A stretch of 64,000 nt of DNA, from NCBI RefSeq assembly GCF_964213995.1, contig NW_027590128.1, positions 806,001-870,000 of the forward strand, in the 5' to 3' direction. Source of the DNA: Mustelus asterias (Eukaryota). The translations under genes were made by a program, and so were the position numbers. Below, in pieces: positions 1 through 13,129 of this stretch. The stretch's first letter is position 1. Each line of letters opens with the position of its first letter. Below the pieces are notes generated by a model, which worked only from the letters and a program-made list of their open reading frames with translations, did no database searches and had not been told where the DNA came from.

Positions 1-198
1 CTGCGGACACACGAACGAGTTCACACTGGGGAGAGGCCATTCACCTGCTCTCAGTGTGGGAAGGGATTCACTCGGTTATCCACCCTGCGGACGCACCAGC
101 AAGTTCACACTGGGGAGAGGCCGTTCACCTGCTCTCAGTGTGGGAAGGGTTTCAGCGTTTCATCCCAGCTGCTGAGACATCAACAGGTTCACGAGTGA
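1..198 (+). CDS. 3' end of a tandem C2H2 zinc-finger gene (ZNF-1, partial at window start)
   Basis: Frame 1 reads [23 protein letters not shown]...HQQVHE* with TGA at 196-198; followed by the 3' UTR shared with 23676-23900 and 46860-47090. Confidence 0.85.
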   Translation: MRTHERVHTGERPFTCSQCGKGFTRLSTLRTHQQVHTGERPFTCSQCGKGFSVSSQLLRHQQVHE

Positions 199-427
199 TG
201 ACAGTGGTTGGATTCTGCTGTTATTGTTTCTGCTCTCAATTACATCCAGGATTGCATTTTGTTCATTCTCACAGTTGGTCAATAGGAAGGGTCAGAGGGT
301 TTCTTTGTGCTGGACTGGCCGGTCTCAGCCTCCAGTGGGCTGATGCTCTTTGAGTCTTTTTGTGAATACCTGGTTTCAAATGTCACAAGGATCACAGAGT
401 GACAGTGTGTTAGGAAGTTTAGAGATA

Positions 428-1068
428 TTTAGTCAGAAGAAAACAGAGGTTGGCAGTGCAAAGGTACATTTCTGAATGGAGGGCTGTGACAAGTGACGTT
501 CCTCAGGGATCAGTGCTGGGACTTTTGCTGTTTGTAATATATATAAATGATTTGGAGGAAAATGTAACTGGTTTGATTGGTAAGTTTGTGGACGACACAA
601 AGGTTGGTGGATTTGCGGATAGCGATGAGGACCGGCAGAGGATACAGCAGGATATGGATCAGTTGGAGACTTGGGCGGAGAGATGGCAGATGAAGTTTAA
701 TCCGGACAAATGTGAGGTAATGCATTTTGGAAGGTCTAATACAGATGGGAAATATACAGTAAATGGCAGAACCCTGAAGAGTATTCATAGGCAGAGGCAT
801 CTGGGTGTACAGGTACACAGGTCATTGAAAGTGGCAATGCAGGTGGAGAAGATAATCAAGAAGGCATACGGCATGCTTGCCTTCATCGGCCGGGGCATTG
901 AGTTTAAAAATTGGCAAGTCTTGTTGCAGCTTTATAGAACCTTAGTTAGACCGCACTTGGAATCTAGTGTTCAATTCTGGTCACCACACTACCAGAAGGA
1001 CGTGGAGGCTTTGGAGAGGGTACGGAAAAATATTTATCAGGATGTTGCCTGGTGTGGAGGGCATTAGT
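428..1068 (+). mobile_element. CR1-clade LINE RT fragment, truncated
   Basis: ORF 450-1067 has VPQGSVLG, FVDDTK, KFNPDKCEVMHFG, LYRTLVRPHLE; near-identical to 23906-24546. Confidence 0.9.
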
Positions 1069-1552
1069 TATCAGGACTGAACATGTGGCTGTGTAACCTG
1101 AGGTGTAAGAAATATGTCCCAGCCACGCTCTTCCATGATTCAGTGGTCCTGGAGGCAGAACAGAAGCTCCTTTACAACTGGGTTTAGAGTCAGGAAGAAC
1201 AACGGTGAATATTGGAAATGTGATGTCAAGTCAGAGATTGGTGTTAAATTGGGATCTGTTCCAGACTGAGACTCTGAGAATAAATAGAAATGTGGAATGA
1301 ACATTTAAAATGTTTGTGTGATATTCTTGATCAGACAATAACAGCACTCTACATTTTTATTGTCTCTTTAACAGAGTAAATGTGAGAACTGACACTGTTT
1401 TCAGATGATGTCATTGATGGGAATATGTTGATGAGAAATAAGAGGCCAAGCCTCTGGAGACACCAGAGGTAAGTGTGGGAATGGGAAGGGAAGATATTAG
1501 AAGTGATTCTCTGACTCTGATTGAAGAGAGAAGAACAGTTTTAAAGTTTACT

Positions 1553-1843
1553 GATTTATTAGTGTCACAAGTAGGCTTACATTAACACTGCAATGAAGTT
1601 CCTGTGAAAATCCCCTGGTCGCCACATTCCTGCACCTGTTCGGGTACACTGAGGGAGAATTTAACATGGTCAATGCACCCTAACCAGCACATCTTTTGGA
1701 CTGTGGGAGGCAACCAGAACATCCGGAGGAAACTCACGCAGACAAGGGGAGAATGTGCAGACTCTGCACAGACAGTGACTCAAGCCGAGAATCATACCCG
1801 GGTTTCTGGTGCTTGTGGCAGCAGTGCTAACCACCATACCACC
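1553..1843 (-). mobile_element. tRNA-derived V-SINE (HE1-like)
   Basis: Minus strand has a tRNA-like head (GGTTAGCACTGCTGCC) and a V-domain-like core (TTCTCCCCTTGTCTGCGTGAGTTTCCTCCGG); related to 51335-51486. Confidence 0.75.
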
Positions 1844-1849
1844 CATATA

Positions 1850-2045
1850 GATCCAGGAGAGAGTAGCCCGACCCAGCTGCACAACAGTGGAGAGGGATGG
1901 AGCAGGATAATGTGGGCGACCTTGTCAAAGGCTGCAAATCGGTCGAGGATGAGAAGGGAGAGTTTATCTTTGTCGCAGTCACATAGGATGACAGTGCGGA
2001 CTTTGACAAGAGATGTTTCAGTAATGTGGCAAGGCAGAAACCTGA
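1850..2045 (-). mobile_element. L2-clade LINE RT relic
   Basis: Translation TETSLVKV...LSLLILDRFAAFDKVAH resembles the L2 RT motif TETALVKV..LLDLSAAFDTVDH. Confidence 0.65.
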
Positions 2046-2109
2046 TTGAAGAATTCAAATATGGAGTTCTGGGGAAGATGGCCTTGCCTTTTGGGACATG
2101 ACAAAACAT

Positions 2110-2782
2110 TGTGTGAATGAGGGGGCGGGGCTGGAGGACCAGTGAGAGCGGCTGGTCCTCCAACTAATAGGAGTGAATGAGGGGGCGGGGCTGAGGGTGG
2201 GTTGCATTGTGGGGATCTGGAGCATGCGCAGTGCCGATCACTGAGGATTGAGACGGTTGTGGAAATATTCAGTCCACGCGATAAAACGGGTAAATCAGGA
2301 ATGAGCGATGGGGCCGGTGGGTGGGCGGGCTTGGAGGCTTCATAAAAATCCCGTGTACGCCGCAAGTTCCCAATAGGAAGCTCGGATTCGATATTTGAAC
2401 CGTTGACAACTGCTCGGGCTTTTCCCCCGATTCAGGCCCAGGTGAACGACCGCCATCTTCACAGTGTGCGGCTGAGCGCACGCGCAAACAGAGGGCGCTC
2501 CAGGCCCAGCCCCGCCCCTCATTCAGTCTGATTGGTCGGAGGACCAGCCACTCCTGCTCGGTCCTCCAGCCCAGCCCCTCTTCCTATTGGACCGGAGCCG
2601 CCGTCAATCAGTCCCCGGGCATTGTGAGCTGGAACAAACCCTTCAGAATCATTGTCAGCTCCCTGGTTTGCAGCTGCGGGGCTTCTCCCTCCCTCCCGGG
2701 AACAGGCCCAGGTTAACGGCCCCATCCTGGCTCAGCCACTGGAGGATGGTTCACATCAGAGGATGGGGGAGGGGGACAATAA
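2110..2782. promoter_or_regulatory. GC-rich ZNF promoter/first-exon module P1
   Basis: GC boxes, ATTGG/CCAAT boxes, GCATGCGCA (NRF1-like), CGCCATCTT (YY1-like); 2633-2782 is shared with 20850-21000 (-) and 52306-52465 (+). Confidence 0.7.
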
Positions 2783-2927
2783 GTTATACAATCCCGACAG
2801 TGCAGAAGGAGGCCATTCGGCCCAGTGAGTCTGCACCGACCACAACCCCATCCCTCACTGTTTGTATGTTCCCACAATTCTGGGAGACGCCAGCCTTACA
2901 CAGCCTGACCTCAGTTCTGGCAAGACC

Positions 2928-3355
2928 CAGAGTCGCTGAGCAGAAACTGATAGCCAAGTTTCGCACACATGAGGACGGCCTCAACCGGGATCTTGGGTTC
3001 ATGTCAGACTATCTGTAACCCCCACGACTTGCCTGGGCTTGCAAAATCTCACAAATTGTCCTGTCTGGAGACAATACACATCTCTAACCTGTGCTTAACG
3101 CTCCCTCCACTCGCATTGTCTGTACCTTTAAGACTTGATTACCTGTAAAGACTCGCATTCCAATCATTATTCTGTAAATTGAGTTTGTGTCTTTTTATGC
3201 CCTGTTTGTAATCAGAACTCCCACTCACCTGACGAAGGGGCAGCGCTCCGAAAGCTAGTGGCGTTTGCTACCAAATAAACCTGTTCGACCTTAACCTGGT
3301 GTTGTGAGACTTCTTACTGTTTTTACACCAGTCCAACGCCAGTATCTCCACATCA
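2928..3355 (+). mobile_element. Penelope-like element 3' fragment with terminal repeat (pLTR)
   Basis: Encodes RVAEQKLIAKFRTHEDGLNRDLGFM, matching the C-terminus of ORF 37480-38463; followed by a terminal repeat like 38464-38801. Confidence 0.85.
3226..3260 (+). ncRNA. Minimal type I hammerhead ribozyme motif in PLE terminal repeat
   Basis: CAC-CTGACGA-A-GGGGC-AGC-GCTCC-GAAA-GCTA-GTG: stem I, CUGANGA core, stem II, GAAA, palindromic AGCT, UH site. Confidence 0.7.
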
Positions 3356-3414
3356 TGACATTTAAGGGGACAGTAAATTAATATAGGACAGATATAGGAC
3401 ACTGCGGGCGTGCG

Positions 3415-4835
3415 GTGGACTGAAAGGATTGAGTATGTGGACTTTAAGAAAGAGGTTGTGCTGGAATCTTTGAATGGCATCAAGATAGATAAGTCGCCGG
3501 GTCCGGATGGGATGTACCCCAGGTTACTGTGGGAGGCGAGCGAAGAGATTGCAGAGCCTCTGGCGATGATCTTTGCGTCGTCGATGGAGACGGGAGAGGT
3601 GCCGGAGGATTGGAGGATTGCGGATGTGGTTCCTATTTTCAAGAAGGGGAATAGGGATAGCCCAGGTAATTACCGACCGGTGAGTCTAACCTCAGTCGTT
3701 GGTAAACTGATGGAGAAGATCCTGAGGGACAGGATATATGAGCATTTAGAGAGGTTTAGTATGCTCAAGAATACTCAGCATGGCTTTGTCAAGGGCAGAT
3801 CATGCCTTACGAGCTGGTGGAGTTCTTCGAAAATGTGACTAAACACATTGACGAAGGGAAGGCGGTAGATGTGGTTTATATAGATATTAGCAAGGCGTTC
3901 GATAAGGTCCCCCATGCAAGGCTTCTAGAAAAGGTGAGAGGGCATGGGATCCAAGGGGCAGCTGCCCGGTGGATCCAGAAATTGCTTGCCCAAAGGAGGC
4001 AGAGAGTGGGTATAGATGGGTCTTTTTCTAAATGGAGGTCGGTCACCAGTGGTGTGCCCCAGGGATCTGTTCTGGGACCCTTGCTGTTTGTCGTTTTCAT
4101 AAATGACCTGGATGAGGAAGCGGAGGGATGGGTTGGTAAGTTTGCCGACAACACGAAGGTTGGTGGGGTTGTGGATAGTCTGGAGGGATGTCAGAAGTTA
4201 CAGAGGGACATAGATAGGATGCAAGACTGGGCGGACAAGTGGCAGATGGACTTCAACCCAGATAAATGCGTAGTGGTCCATTTTGGCAGGTCAAATGGGA
4301 TGCAGGAGTACAATATAAAGGGAAAGACTCTTAGTACTGTAGAGGATCAGAAGGACCTTGGGGTCCGGGTCCATGGGACTCTGAAAGCGGCCCCGCAGGT
4401 GGAGGAGGTAGTTAAGAAGGCGTATGGTGTGCTGGCCTTTATCAATCGAGGGATTGAGTTTAGGAGTCCGGGGATAATGCTGCAGCTATATTAGACCCTC
4501 GTCAGACCCCACATGGAGTACTATGCTCAGTTCTGGTCGCCTCACTATAGGATGGATGTGGAAAAGATTGAAAGGGTGCAGAGGAGATTTACAAGGATGT
4601 TGCCTGGATTGAGTGGCACGCCTTATGAGGATAGGCTGAGGGAGCTTGGTCTTTTCTCTTTGGAGAGACGAAGGATGAGAGGAGACCTATAGAGGTGTAT
4701 AAGATGTTGAGAGGCATAGATCGGGTGGACTCTCAGAGGCTTTTTCCCAGGGTGGAAATGTCTGCTACAAGAGGACACCAGTTTAGGGTGCTGGGGGGTA
4801 GGTACAGGGGAGATGTTAGGGGTAAGTGTTTGACA
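3415..4835 (+). mobile_element. CR1 LINE ORF2 (RT) fragment, frameshifted
   Basis: KSPGPDG, NYRPVSLTS, QHGF, DISKAFDKV, SGVPQGSVLGP, FADN across ORFs 3410-3838 and 3802-4494; stop at 4494. Confidence 0.92.
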
Positions 4836-5151
4836 CACTTCTGTTAAAATCCTGGTTGATTTGTACAAATAGAAAATCACTCTCTTTCTCTTCTTCTGCT
4901 TCCAATCCTCTCTCCCTCTTCTCCCCTCATAGAGGTCTTAATCTTGTGTAGGCTCAGATGGGGGTCAGCTTCCCTTCCCTGAAGGTTATTAATGAGCCAG
5001 TTGGGTTTTTAACAATCCAGCAGTTTCCATGCTCACTTTTTCCTTGTGCCAGCCCCAAAAATTGCCATATTTATTCAGCTCAATTTCACAACCTGCCTTT
5101 GTGTTTTGTGGATTCTCTCACTTTTTTTTCTGTTTTAAATTCACTTGACAG

Positions 5152-6180
<1,029 letters not shown>

Positions 6181-8124
6181 CTACATTGATTGGATTTTCC
6201 TGTTAATCTCATCCACGACAACCATCTTCAGTGGAGTCTGTTTCTGTTCATGTGAATAAACTCCAGGCCTGTTACAGTTAATATTGTTGATCAAAGGAAA
6301 ATAAATCAGTTTTGTCTGAAGCACACAGTGCGGTAAATCTTTTTAATTTCTCATTCATGTTAATTTCTTTGGAAGGGCTCTCCCTCTCTCCTGTCTCCTT
6401 CCATCCTCACCTCCAGTAACAAGTGTGAGGAGCTCATGGAGCTTCTTTGTCACTCAGATTGAGACAAATTGATCAACTACCTCTGCTGCTTCCCTTCCTT
6501 CCATTAGCCCATTGAGCCAGACTTTATAGAAAGTTCCTCATCCAAGTCCTAACCCCAGGTTTCTCCAGTTTCTATCCTATATCTCACTTATGCCCTCTCA
6601 GAGCACATACTGTCTTCTGTTGTATTGACCCTATTCCCACTAAACCACCGAGCACCCACCTTTCCCGTGTTAGCTGATACTGTTTGCAGCTCTCAATCTC
6701 TTTTAATCTCTTTTAATTCTGTCCCTCCTCCCTTCAAATTCACCACCATCACCCATCCTAAAAAATCAATCTGTGACCACACCGTTCTCGCCAACAACCG
6801 CTCCATCTCATATCACTTTTCTCTCCCAAGTCCCTGAACTCAGAGTCCCTCTGGGATCTATCCATGGCCCCTCCTATCTCTCATCTACATGCTGCCACTA
6901 TGTTATATCATTCAAAAGCACCATGTTTGTTTTCACATGCACACTGGCAATGCCCAGTTCTATCATAGAGTCCCTGCAGTGCAGAAGGAGGCCATTTGGC
7001 CCATCGAGTCTGCACCAACTCTGAGAGAGCATTTTATCAAAATTCATTGATTGTGACAAGGCAAGTTGACAAAGCTGTTTTTTTAAAAAAGCTAATGGGG
7101 TCCTCAGTTTATGAATGGAGGTATGGAGTGCAAAGCAGGGAGTTATCCTGAATCTTCATAAATTACTGATTACCCAGCAGTGAGGAAAATTGATCAGGTA
7201 CACCCTGCATACAAAAAGCAGGACAAATGCTACCCGGCCAATTATTGGTGCATTCAACCTCCCTTGATCATCAGTAAAGTGATGAAAGGGGATATCTGCT
7301 GTTAAGTGGCACTTGCTTCAGAAGAAACTACTCACTGATGGTCAGTTTGGGTTCTGCAAGGGTCACTGAGTTCCTGACCTCATTACAGCCTTGGTTCAAA
7401 CATGGAGAAAAGAGCTGAACTGCCTCATAGAGGTGAAAGTACCTTATTGTATCAGCTGATGTTACTACTGGCAATGTCAGATTCCAGGATGGAAGATGGC
7501 TTGATAGATCCTCACTATTATTTTGTTTAGATAGCTGGATGAGCAGACAGAGATTTTTGGTAAACTTTTATTAAACAAGAAAACATTAAGTAGAATTAAC
7601 TCTCCTTCACCCCAGCAATACCTTGACAGATATAAACAGATTTCTACCATTACACAAGTTACAAACTTTATCTTACACTCAAATATTCTCAGTAAGTTCA
7701 CAGTCCATGCAAACCAATCGGTGAAATGTGGCCAGACACCCCACACTCTGAAACCAAGTGACAGATGTCACCGAATACAACTTCTCTGGATTTCTCATCA
7801 TTTCCCCAGATGGTTGTCAAACTGTGAGCCAACTGATCTCACTGAAATTCTGTCTTCCACATGAGCATTTCCAATCCCACACTCTCGAAGATGACACTTT
7901 GGAATCTTCTCCTATACAATTCTTTCTATTGGATGCCTTCACCAAGGATCCACCGCCAGGATTTCAACTTCTTTCTGTATTCGTCTGGCCTCGATCTCCA
8001 TGTGCATTCAAGCTTCCAAACAATCTCTCAGGTACCCAACCACGCTAACAGAACACACTTGTTTCACAGGCTAGATTCAGGTGTCAGCAACTTTTTGATC
8101 ACCTCGGATCCCAAAAGGCCAGTA

Positions 8125-8800
8125 TACAGGAACAGCAAGTAATTAGGAAAGCTCATAGAATGTTATTGTTCATAGTGAGGGGAAGTGATTACAAAAGTAG
8201 GGAGGTTATGCTCCAGTTGTACACACAATTGGTGAGACCACATCTGGAGTGTTGTGCACAGTATTGGTCTCCCTACTTAAGGAAAGATGTAAATGTATTG
8301 GAAGCAGTTTTGAGAAGGTTTTCTAGACTAATACCAGGAATAGACAGGTTGTCTGATGAGGAAATGTTGGACAGGGTCAGCTTGTATCCACTAGAGTTTA
8401 GAAGAGTAAGAGGTGATTAGATCAAAACCTGAGGGTCTTGACAGGGTGGATGTGGAGAGAATGTTTTCTTTTAATGGAGAATCTAGACCTGGCAGGGGTG
8501 GAGCATATGTTTACAAATAAGAGTTTGCTCATCTATGACCAAGATTACTAATGTTTTCTCTAAGAGGGCTGTGAGTCTCTGGAACTCTTCCTCAAAAGAC
8601 AGTGGAAGCATTGTCTTTGAATAAGTTAAAAGCACAGTCAAATAGAATCTTGATTTATGAGGGACTGAAAAGTTATTAGGAGTAGCCAGGACTGTGGGGT
8701 TGAGGCTAAAATCAGATCTGCCATGATCTTATTGAATTGTGGAGCAGGTTGGAGGGACTGAGTAGCCTACTCCTAGTTCATTCGTTCATATATTCTTATG
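8125..8800 (+). mobile_element. Old CR1 3' fragment
   Basis: YKSREVMLQLYTQLVRPHLECCAQYWSPYLRKD plus a decayed 3' UTR. Confidence 0.8.
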
Positions 8801-9084
8801 TCTTTTTCCCTGGAAATCTCTCTCTCTCTTGGGAATGTGCATCACTCAACTTTTCCATTCGCACTGATGATTGAAATCTTTTTGAACAGGGCATCATTGT
8901 TCCTCTGACATTTGATCACTGATGATAGTCGTGTCCAAATGAACCAAGATATTTCTGACTGAAAATCCTTCCATTCTAATCCCTTGTAAATAAAAACATC
9001 TATCAAAGCAATGAATGTAAGCACAGGATAGAAATTTGAAACTGATATTCTGGTTGTCACATAACCTTCTCCTCCCTTTCTGGA

Positions 9085-9540
9085 AAGCATTCTTTCTGGT
9101 TGTATCACAACTTGATATTGCTCCTGCTCTGTCCAAGACCACAAGAAACTACAAAGGGTCATGAAAGACCAAATCCATCCTGCAAACCAGCCTCCTATCC
9201 ATTGACTATGTCTACATTTCCCACTGTCTTAGAAAAGCAGCCAGCATAATCAAGGACCCCACGCACCCTGGACATTCTTTCTTCCACCTTCTTCCATCGG
9301 GAAAAAGATATAAAGGTCTGAGAACATGTATAACCAAATCGAGAACAGCTTCTTCCCTGAGGCCATCAAACTTTTGAATGGAACTACCTCACATTAATTT
9401 GATCTTTCTCTATATCCTAGCTATGACTGTAATACTACATTCTGCACCCTCCTCTTTCCTTCTCTTTGTCAGTAAAACGTACAAGAAACAAACTTCTCAC
9501 TGTCTACTAATACATGTGACAATAATAAATCAAATCTAAT
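9085..9540 (+). mobile_element. L2/Rex-like LINE 3' fragment
   Basis: Homologous to 34125-34620 (AAAGCAGCCAGCATAAT.AAGGACCCCACGCACCC, shared tail). Confidence 0.65.
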
Positions 9541-9819
9541 CAAATTTCAAACTTTAAACATCTGCCTCCTCCCTATCAATTGTAAGCCTAATTCTTTTGA
9601 CCATCCTCCTTATTTTTCCCCAGTTCTCCCCCAAGGACGCTGCTGACTCTGGGGTTCAGTTTCACATTGAGCTATTCCACTCCCCAATATGTCACCCAGG
9701 TGTCTAAATTTTTACACCTGAATTTTGCTATCAATTCCAGTGACTACCCAGATGTACATCATATCTGGATGGGGTCACTTCGCCTCCTCCCCATCCCATC
9801 CATCGCAGTCCCAGGTGTT

Positions 9820-10290
9820 TGGAGACTGGGCTCCGGCCGAGTAATGGCGGCCGCGGCTCCCACAATCCCCCGCGCTGAGGAAATCGCTCTATTCGCCGGG
9901 TGGGACTGCGCATGATGAACCCAGAGAAGTGCTGCGCATGTGCGGAGGATAGCGTTTCCCATTGGCCAACAACTGAGAGCGACCGGGGTCAAAGTGTCTC
10001 CCACTCACTTCCGCTGCACCACTGTCTTCATGAGGGGTATTGACCAATGGGAAGAATTGGAGGACCGGAAGGACACTGGTCCTCCAGCCAATCAGAGTGC
10101 GGGCTTTGTGACAATGCAGATTGGATTTCAGACAGACTGAAACCTCTTCCTACATGTCAGTAAAACACTTTGTTTTCTTCTCTCCTTTTTCTCATTCTGG
10201 GGTTAAATTGGGGACTTGCAGCAACTGAAGGGAAAGGAAGTGAATTCAGGGAGGCTGCAGACTCTGGAAAGGTTGGCCCAGGTATCTCTC
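9820..10290 (+). promoter_or_regulatory. ZNF promoter module P2 (upstream of ZNF-3)
   Basis: CpG-rich, two TGCGCATG, CACTTCCG (ETS-like), CCAAT pair around the GGAGGACC/GGTCCTCC dyad; 10040-10290 is the reverse complement of about 33455-33725. Confidence 0.65.
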
Positions 10291-11021
10291 TCCTTCTTAA
10301 AGACATTGCCATCCTTTGCTTCCTCAACTTGTCACATTTATTTGTCTGGTTAAGAGGATGGTCTCTTTCCTAATGTTCACAATTTAAAGGAGTGATTTCC
10401 TGAGGAAATAGCTGAAATTTAAGGGGCAGTAAATTAATATAGGACAGCGATGTGTGCAGTCTTGTAATATGGTACAAATTAGATATATTATGCATGGTCC
10501 AGTAATAAAGTTCATTTTTTATTATTTTTAGTTTTGTTAATACTGTAACTAAGTAGTTTATTTTCAGTAATCGGGTTATTGTATCACACAAGGAGTCCAT
10601 TCAGCAACTCAAGTCCATGCTAACTCTCTGTAGAGCCAACCAGTCAGTCCCATTCCCCCTTAAGTTCATAAGATAGAGGAGCATAATTAGGCTATTTGGC
10701 CCATTGAGTCCGCTCCGCCATTCAATCATGGCTGATATGCTCCGCATCCCGTCTGTATCCCTGTTCCCCTGCCAGTCTATTTTGACTGCCCATCTAATTT
10801 CATTTTGAAATATTGAATGTATCAAAATGCACCATCCTCATAGCCAAACAATTGATATTCAAGAATGTTCACTGTTGAAATAATGTTCTATCTCATAGCC
10901 TTGCTGTACTTCTATTTATTAAACTGGTCCCCTATGTTACATACATTTTACTTCACTAAGTATATTTAGGTATTTAGACGAGCAACCTGCATGAAGATAT
11001 CTCAGTGCTGGAGAAGAAGCA

Positions 11022-11244
11022 GTGAGTATGGATTTGTTGATCAGCATGAATCAACACCTTCAGGAGAATTGGAAGGGTGTATTATACATACAGCAGAGTG
11101 AGGATACAGGGATAGGGTGTGGGATGGAGATGTACAGATTCAGAGGAACGAGAAAGGAAGAAATGTTCCACAGAAACTAGAATTGTCTATTCTGAATTTC
11201 TGTTTGATACTGACAGTGATGACTTTTGTAAACTCATTTTACAG
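11022..11244 (+). other. Predicted conserved 5'-UTR intron of ZNF-3
   Basis: GTGAGT...TTTTACAG; homologous introns at 45472-45693 (+), 60030-60270 (+), 43549-43769 (-). Confidence 0.55.
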
Positions 11245-11579
11245 GAAGTTATAAGGGGAAGATTTGCTGCCAGCAATCTCAAAACATGTTAAGGCTTAAT
11301 AGAGTCACTCAAATTATCAGAACCTGAATATCATCAGACTTTGAATCGAGAAGAAGAAATATTTATCTGTTTTTTCTGTCACATCAGTGTGACTGGAAAG
11401 GCACCAAGGAACACAGAGCTGAGTGAGAGTGTCCAGTACACTGACTGTCAAAAGACCAGTTACACAGACTGCAAAAATATCACATCATTTACAGCGGGGA
11501 CAGACAGTACACATGCTCTATGAATGGATGAGGATTTAACTGATTGTTAAACCTGGAAAGACACAAGGACATCCACACC

Positions 11580-12794
11580 ATGGAGAAACCGGGGAAAGAT
11601 GAGGATTGTGGTAAGGAATTCCGTATCCCGTCTGCACTGCAAACTCATCAACATATTCACACTGGGGAGAGACTGTTCCCCTGCTCCAAGTGTGGGGAAG
11701 GAGACTGCTCCCCATCTGCCCTGAAGATTCATCAATGCAGCCACACTGGGGAGAGGCCCTTCATCTGCTCCGAGTGTGGGAAGGGTTTTCTCCAGGCAGC
11801 CGACCTGTGGAATCACCAAGCAGTTCACAGTAGGGAGAGGCTGTACACCTGCTCTGATTGTGGGAAGGGATTCACTCAGTTATCCCACCTGCTGACACAC
11901 CAGCAAGTTCACACTGGGGAAAAACCGTTCAACTGCTCTGAGTGTGGGAAGCAATTCAATCATTCATCTGAACTTTTGAATCACCAACAAATCCACACCG
12001 GAAAGCGACCATTCACCTGCTCCGACTGTGGAAAGGGTTTCACTCAGTCATCTCACCTGCAGATACACCAGCGAGCCCACACTAAGGAGAGGCCTTTCAA
12101 CTGCTCTGAGTGCAGGAAGTGTTTTATTCAGTTATCACACCTAGTGACTCACCAGGGAGTCCACAGGAGGGAGAGGCCGTTCCCCTGCTCCGAGTGTGGG
12201 AAGCGTTTTATTCAGTTATCACACCTAGTGACACACCAAGGAACCCACACAAGGGAGAGGCCATTCAGCTGCCCCGAATGTGGGAAACGTTTTATCCAAT
12301 CGTCACACCTAATGTCACACCAGGGAGTTCACAGCAGGGAGAGGCCATTCGTCTGCTCCGAGTGTGGGAGGCGTTTTATTCAATCATCCCACCTAGTGTC
12401 ACACCAGGAGGTTCACACCAGGGAGAGGCCATTCACCTGTTCCGAGTGTGGCAGGGGATTCATTCAGTTATCCGACCTGCAGAATCACCAGCAAGTTCAC
12501 ACCGGGGAGAGGCTGTTCACCTGCTCTGAGTGTGGGAAGGGATTCACTCGTTCAGCTAACCTGCAGGCACACCGACGTGTTCACACCAGGGAGAGACCAT
12601 TCACCTGCTCTGAGTGTGGGAAAGGATTCGCTCTTTCATCTTATCTGCAGAGTCACCAGCAAGTTCACACCGGAGAGAGGCCGTTTATCTGCTCTGAGTG
12701 TGGAAAGGGATTCATGCAGTCATCCCACCTGCTGACACACCAGCGAGTTCACAAGGATTCACAAAGGGATTCACTCAGTCATCCCACCTGCTGA
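11580..12794 (+). CDS. Tandem C2H2 zinc-finger protein (ZNF-3), 13 fingers plus one degenerate
   Basis: Open frame from ATG (MEKP) with 28-aa CxxC...HxxxH repeats and TGERPF-like linkers; no effector domain. Confidence 0.88.
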   Translation: MEKPGKDEDCGKEFRIPSALQTHQHIHTGERLFPCSKCGEGDCSPSALKIHQCSHTGERPFICSECGKGFLQAADLWNHQAVHSRERLYTCSDCGKGFTQLSHLLTHQQVHTGEKPFNCSECGKQFNHSSELLNHQQIHTGKRPFTCSDCGKGFTQSSHLQIHQRAHTKERPFNCSECRKCFIQLSHLVTHQGVHRRERPFPCSECGKRFIQLSHLVTHQGTHTRERPFSCPECGKRFIQSSHLMSHQGVHSRERPFVCSECGRRFIQSSHLVSHQEVHTRERPFTCSECGRGFIQLSDLQNHQQVHTGERLFTCSECGKGFTRSANLQAHRRVHTRERPFTCSECGKGFALSSYLQSHQQVHTGERPFICSECGKGFMQSSHLLTHQRVHKDSQRDSLSHPTC

Positions 12795-13029
12795 GACACC
12801 AGTAAGTTCTCAAGTGATGACAGTGGTTGGATTCTGCTGTTATTGCTGCTGTTAATCACATCCGGGACTGAACTATGTTCATTTTGACAATTGGTGAAGT
12901 GGGAGGGTTGGAGGGTTTCTTTCTGCTGGACTGGCCGGTCTCACAACTTTGTTTTCAGTGGACTGATGCTCTTTGAGTTTGGGAGAGCACATTTCCACTG
13001 AAATGATCCACAAAAAAAAAGCTGATGAA

Positions 13030-13120
13030 TGTGCCAACTCGACACAGCCACCCAAGGCCGGAATCAAACCTGGGTCCCTGGGGCTGTGAGCCAACTGGTC
13101 TAACCACTGTGCCACCATAT
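13030..13120 (-). mobile_element. V-SINE tRNA-head fragment
   Basis: Matches the SINE head at 51420-51486 (CTAACCACTGTGCCACC, GGGTCCCTGG). Confidence 0.6.
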
Positions 13121-13129
13121 CATGGACCC

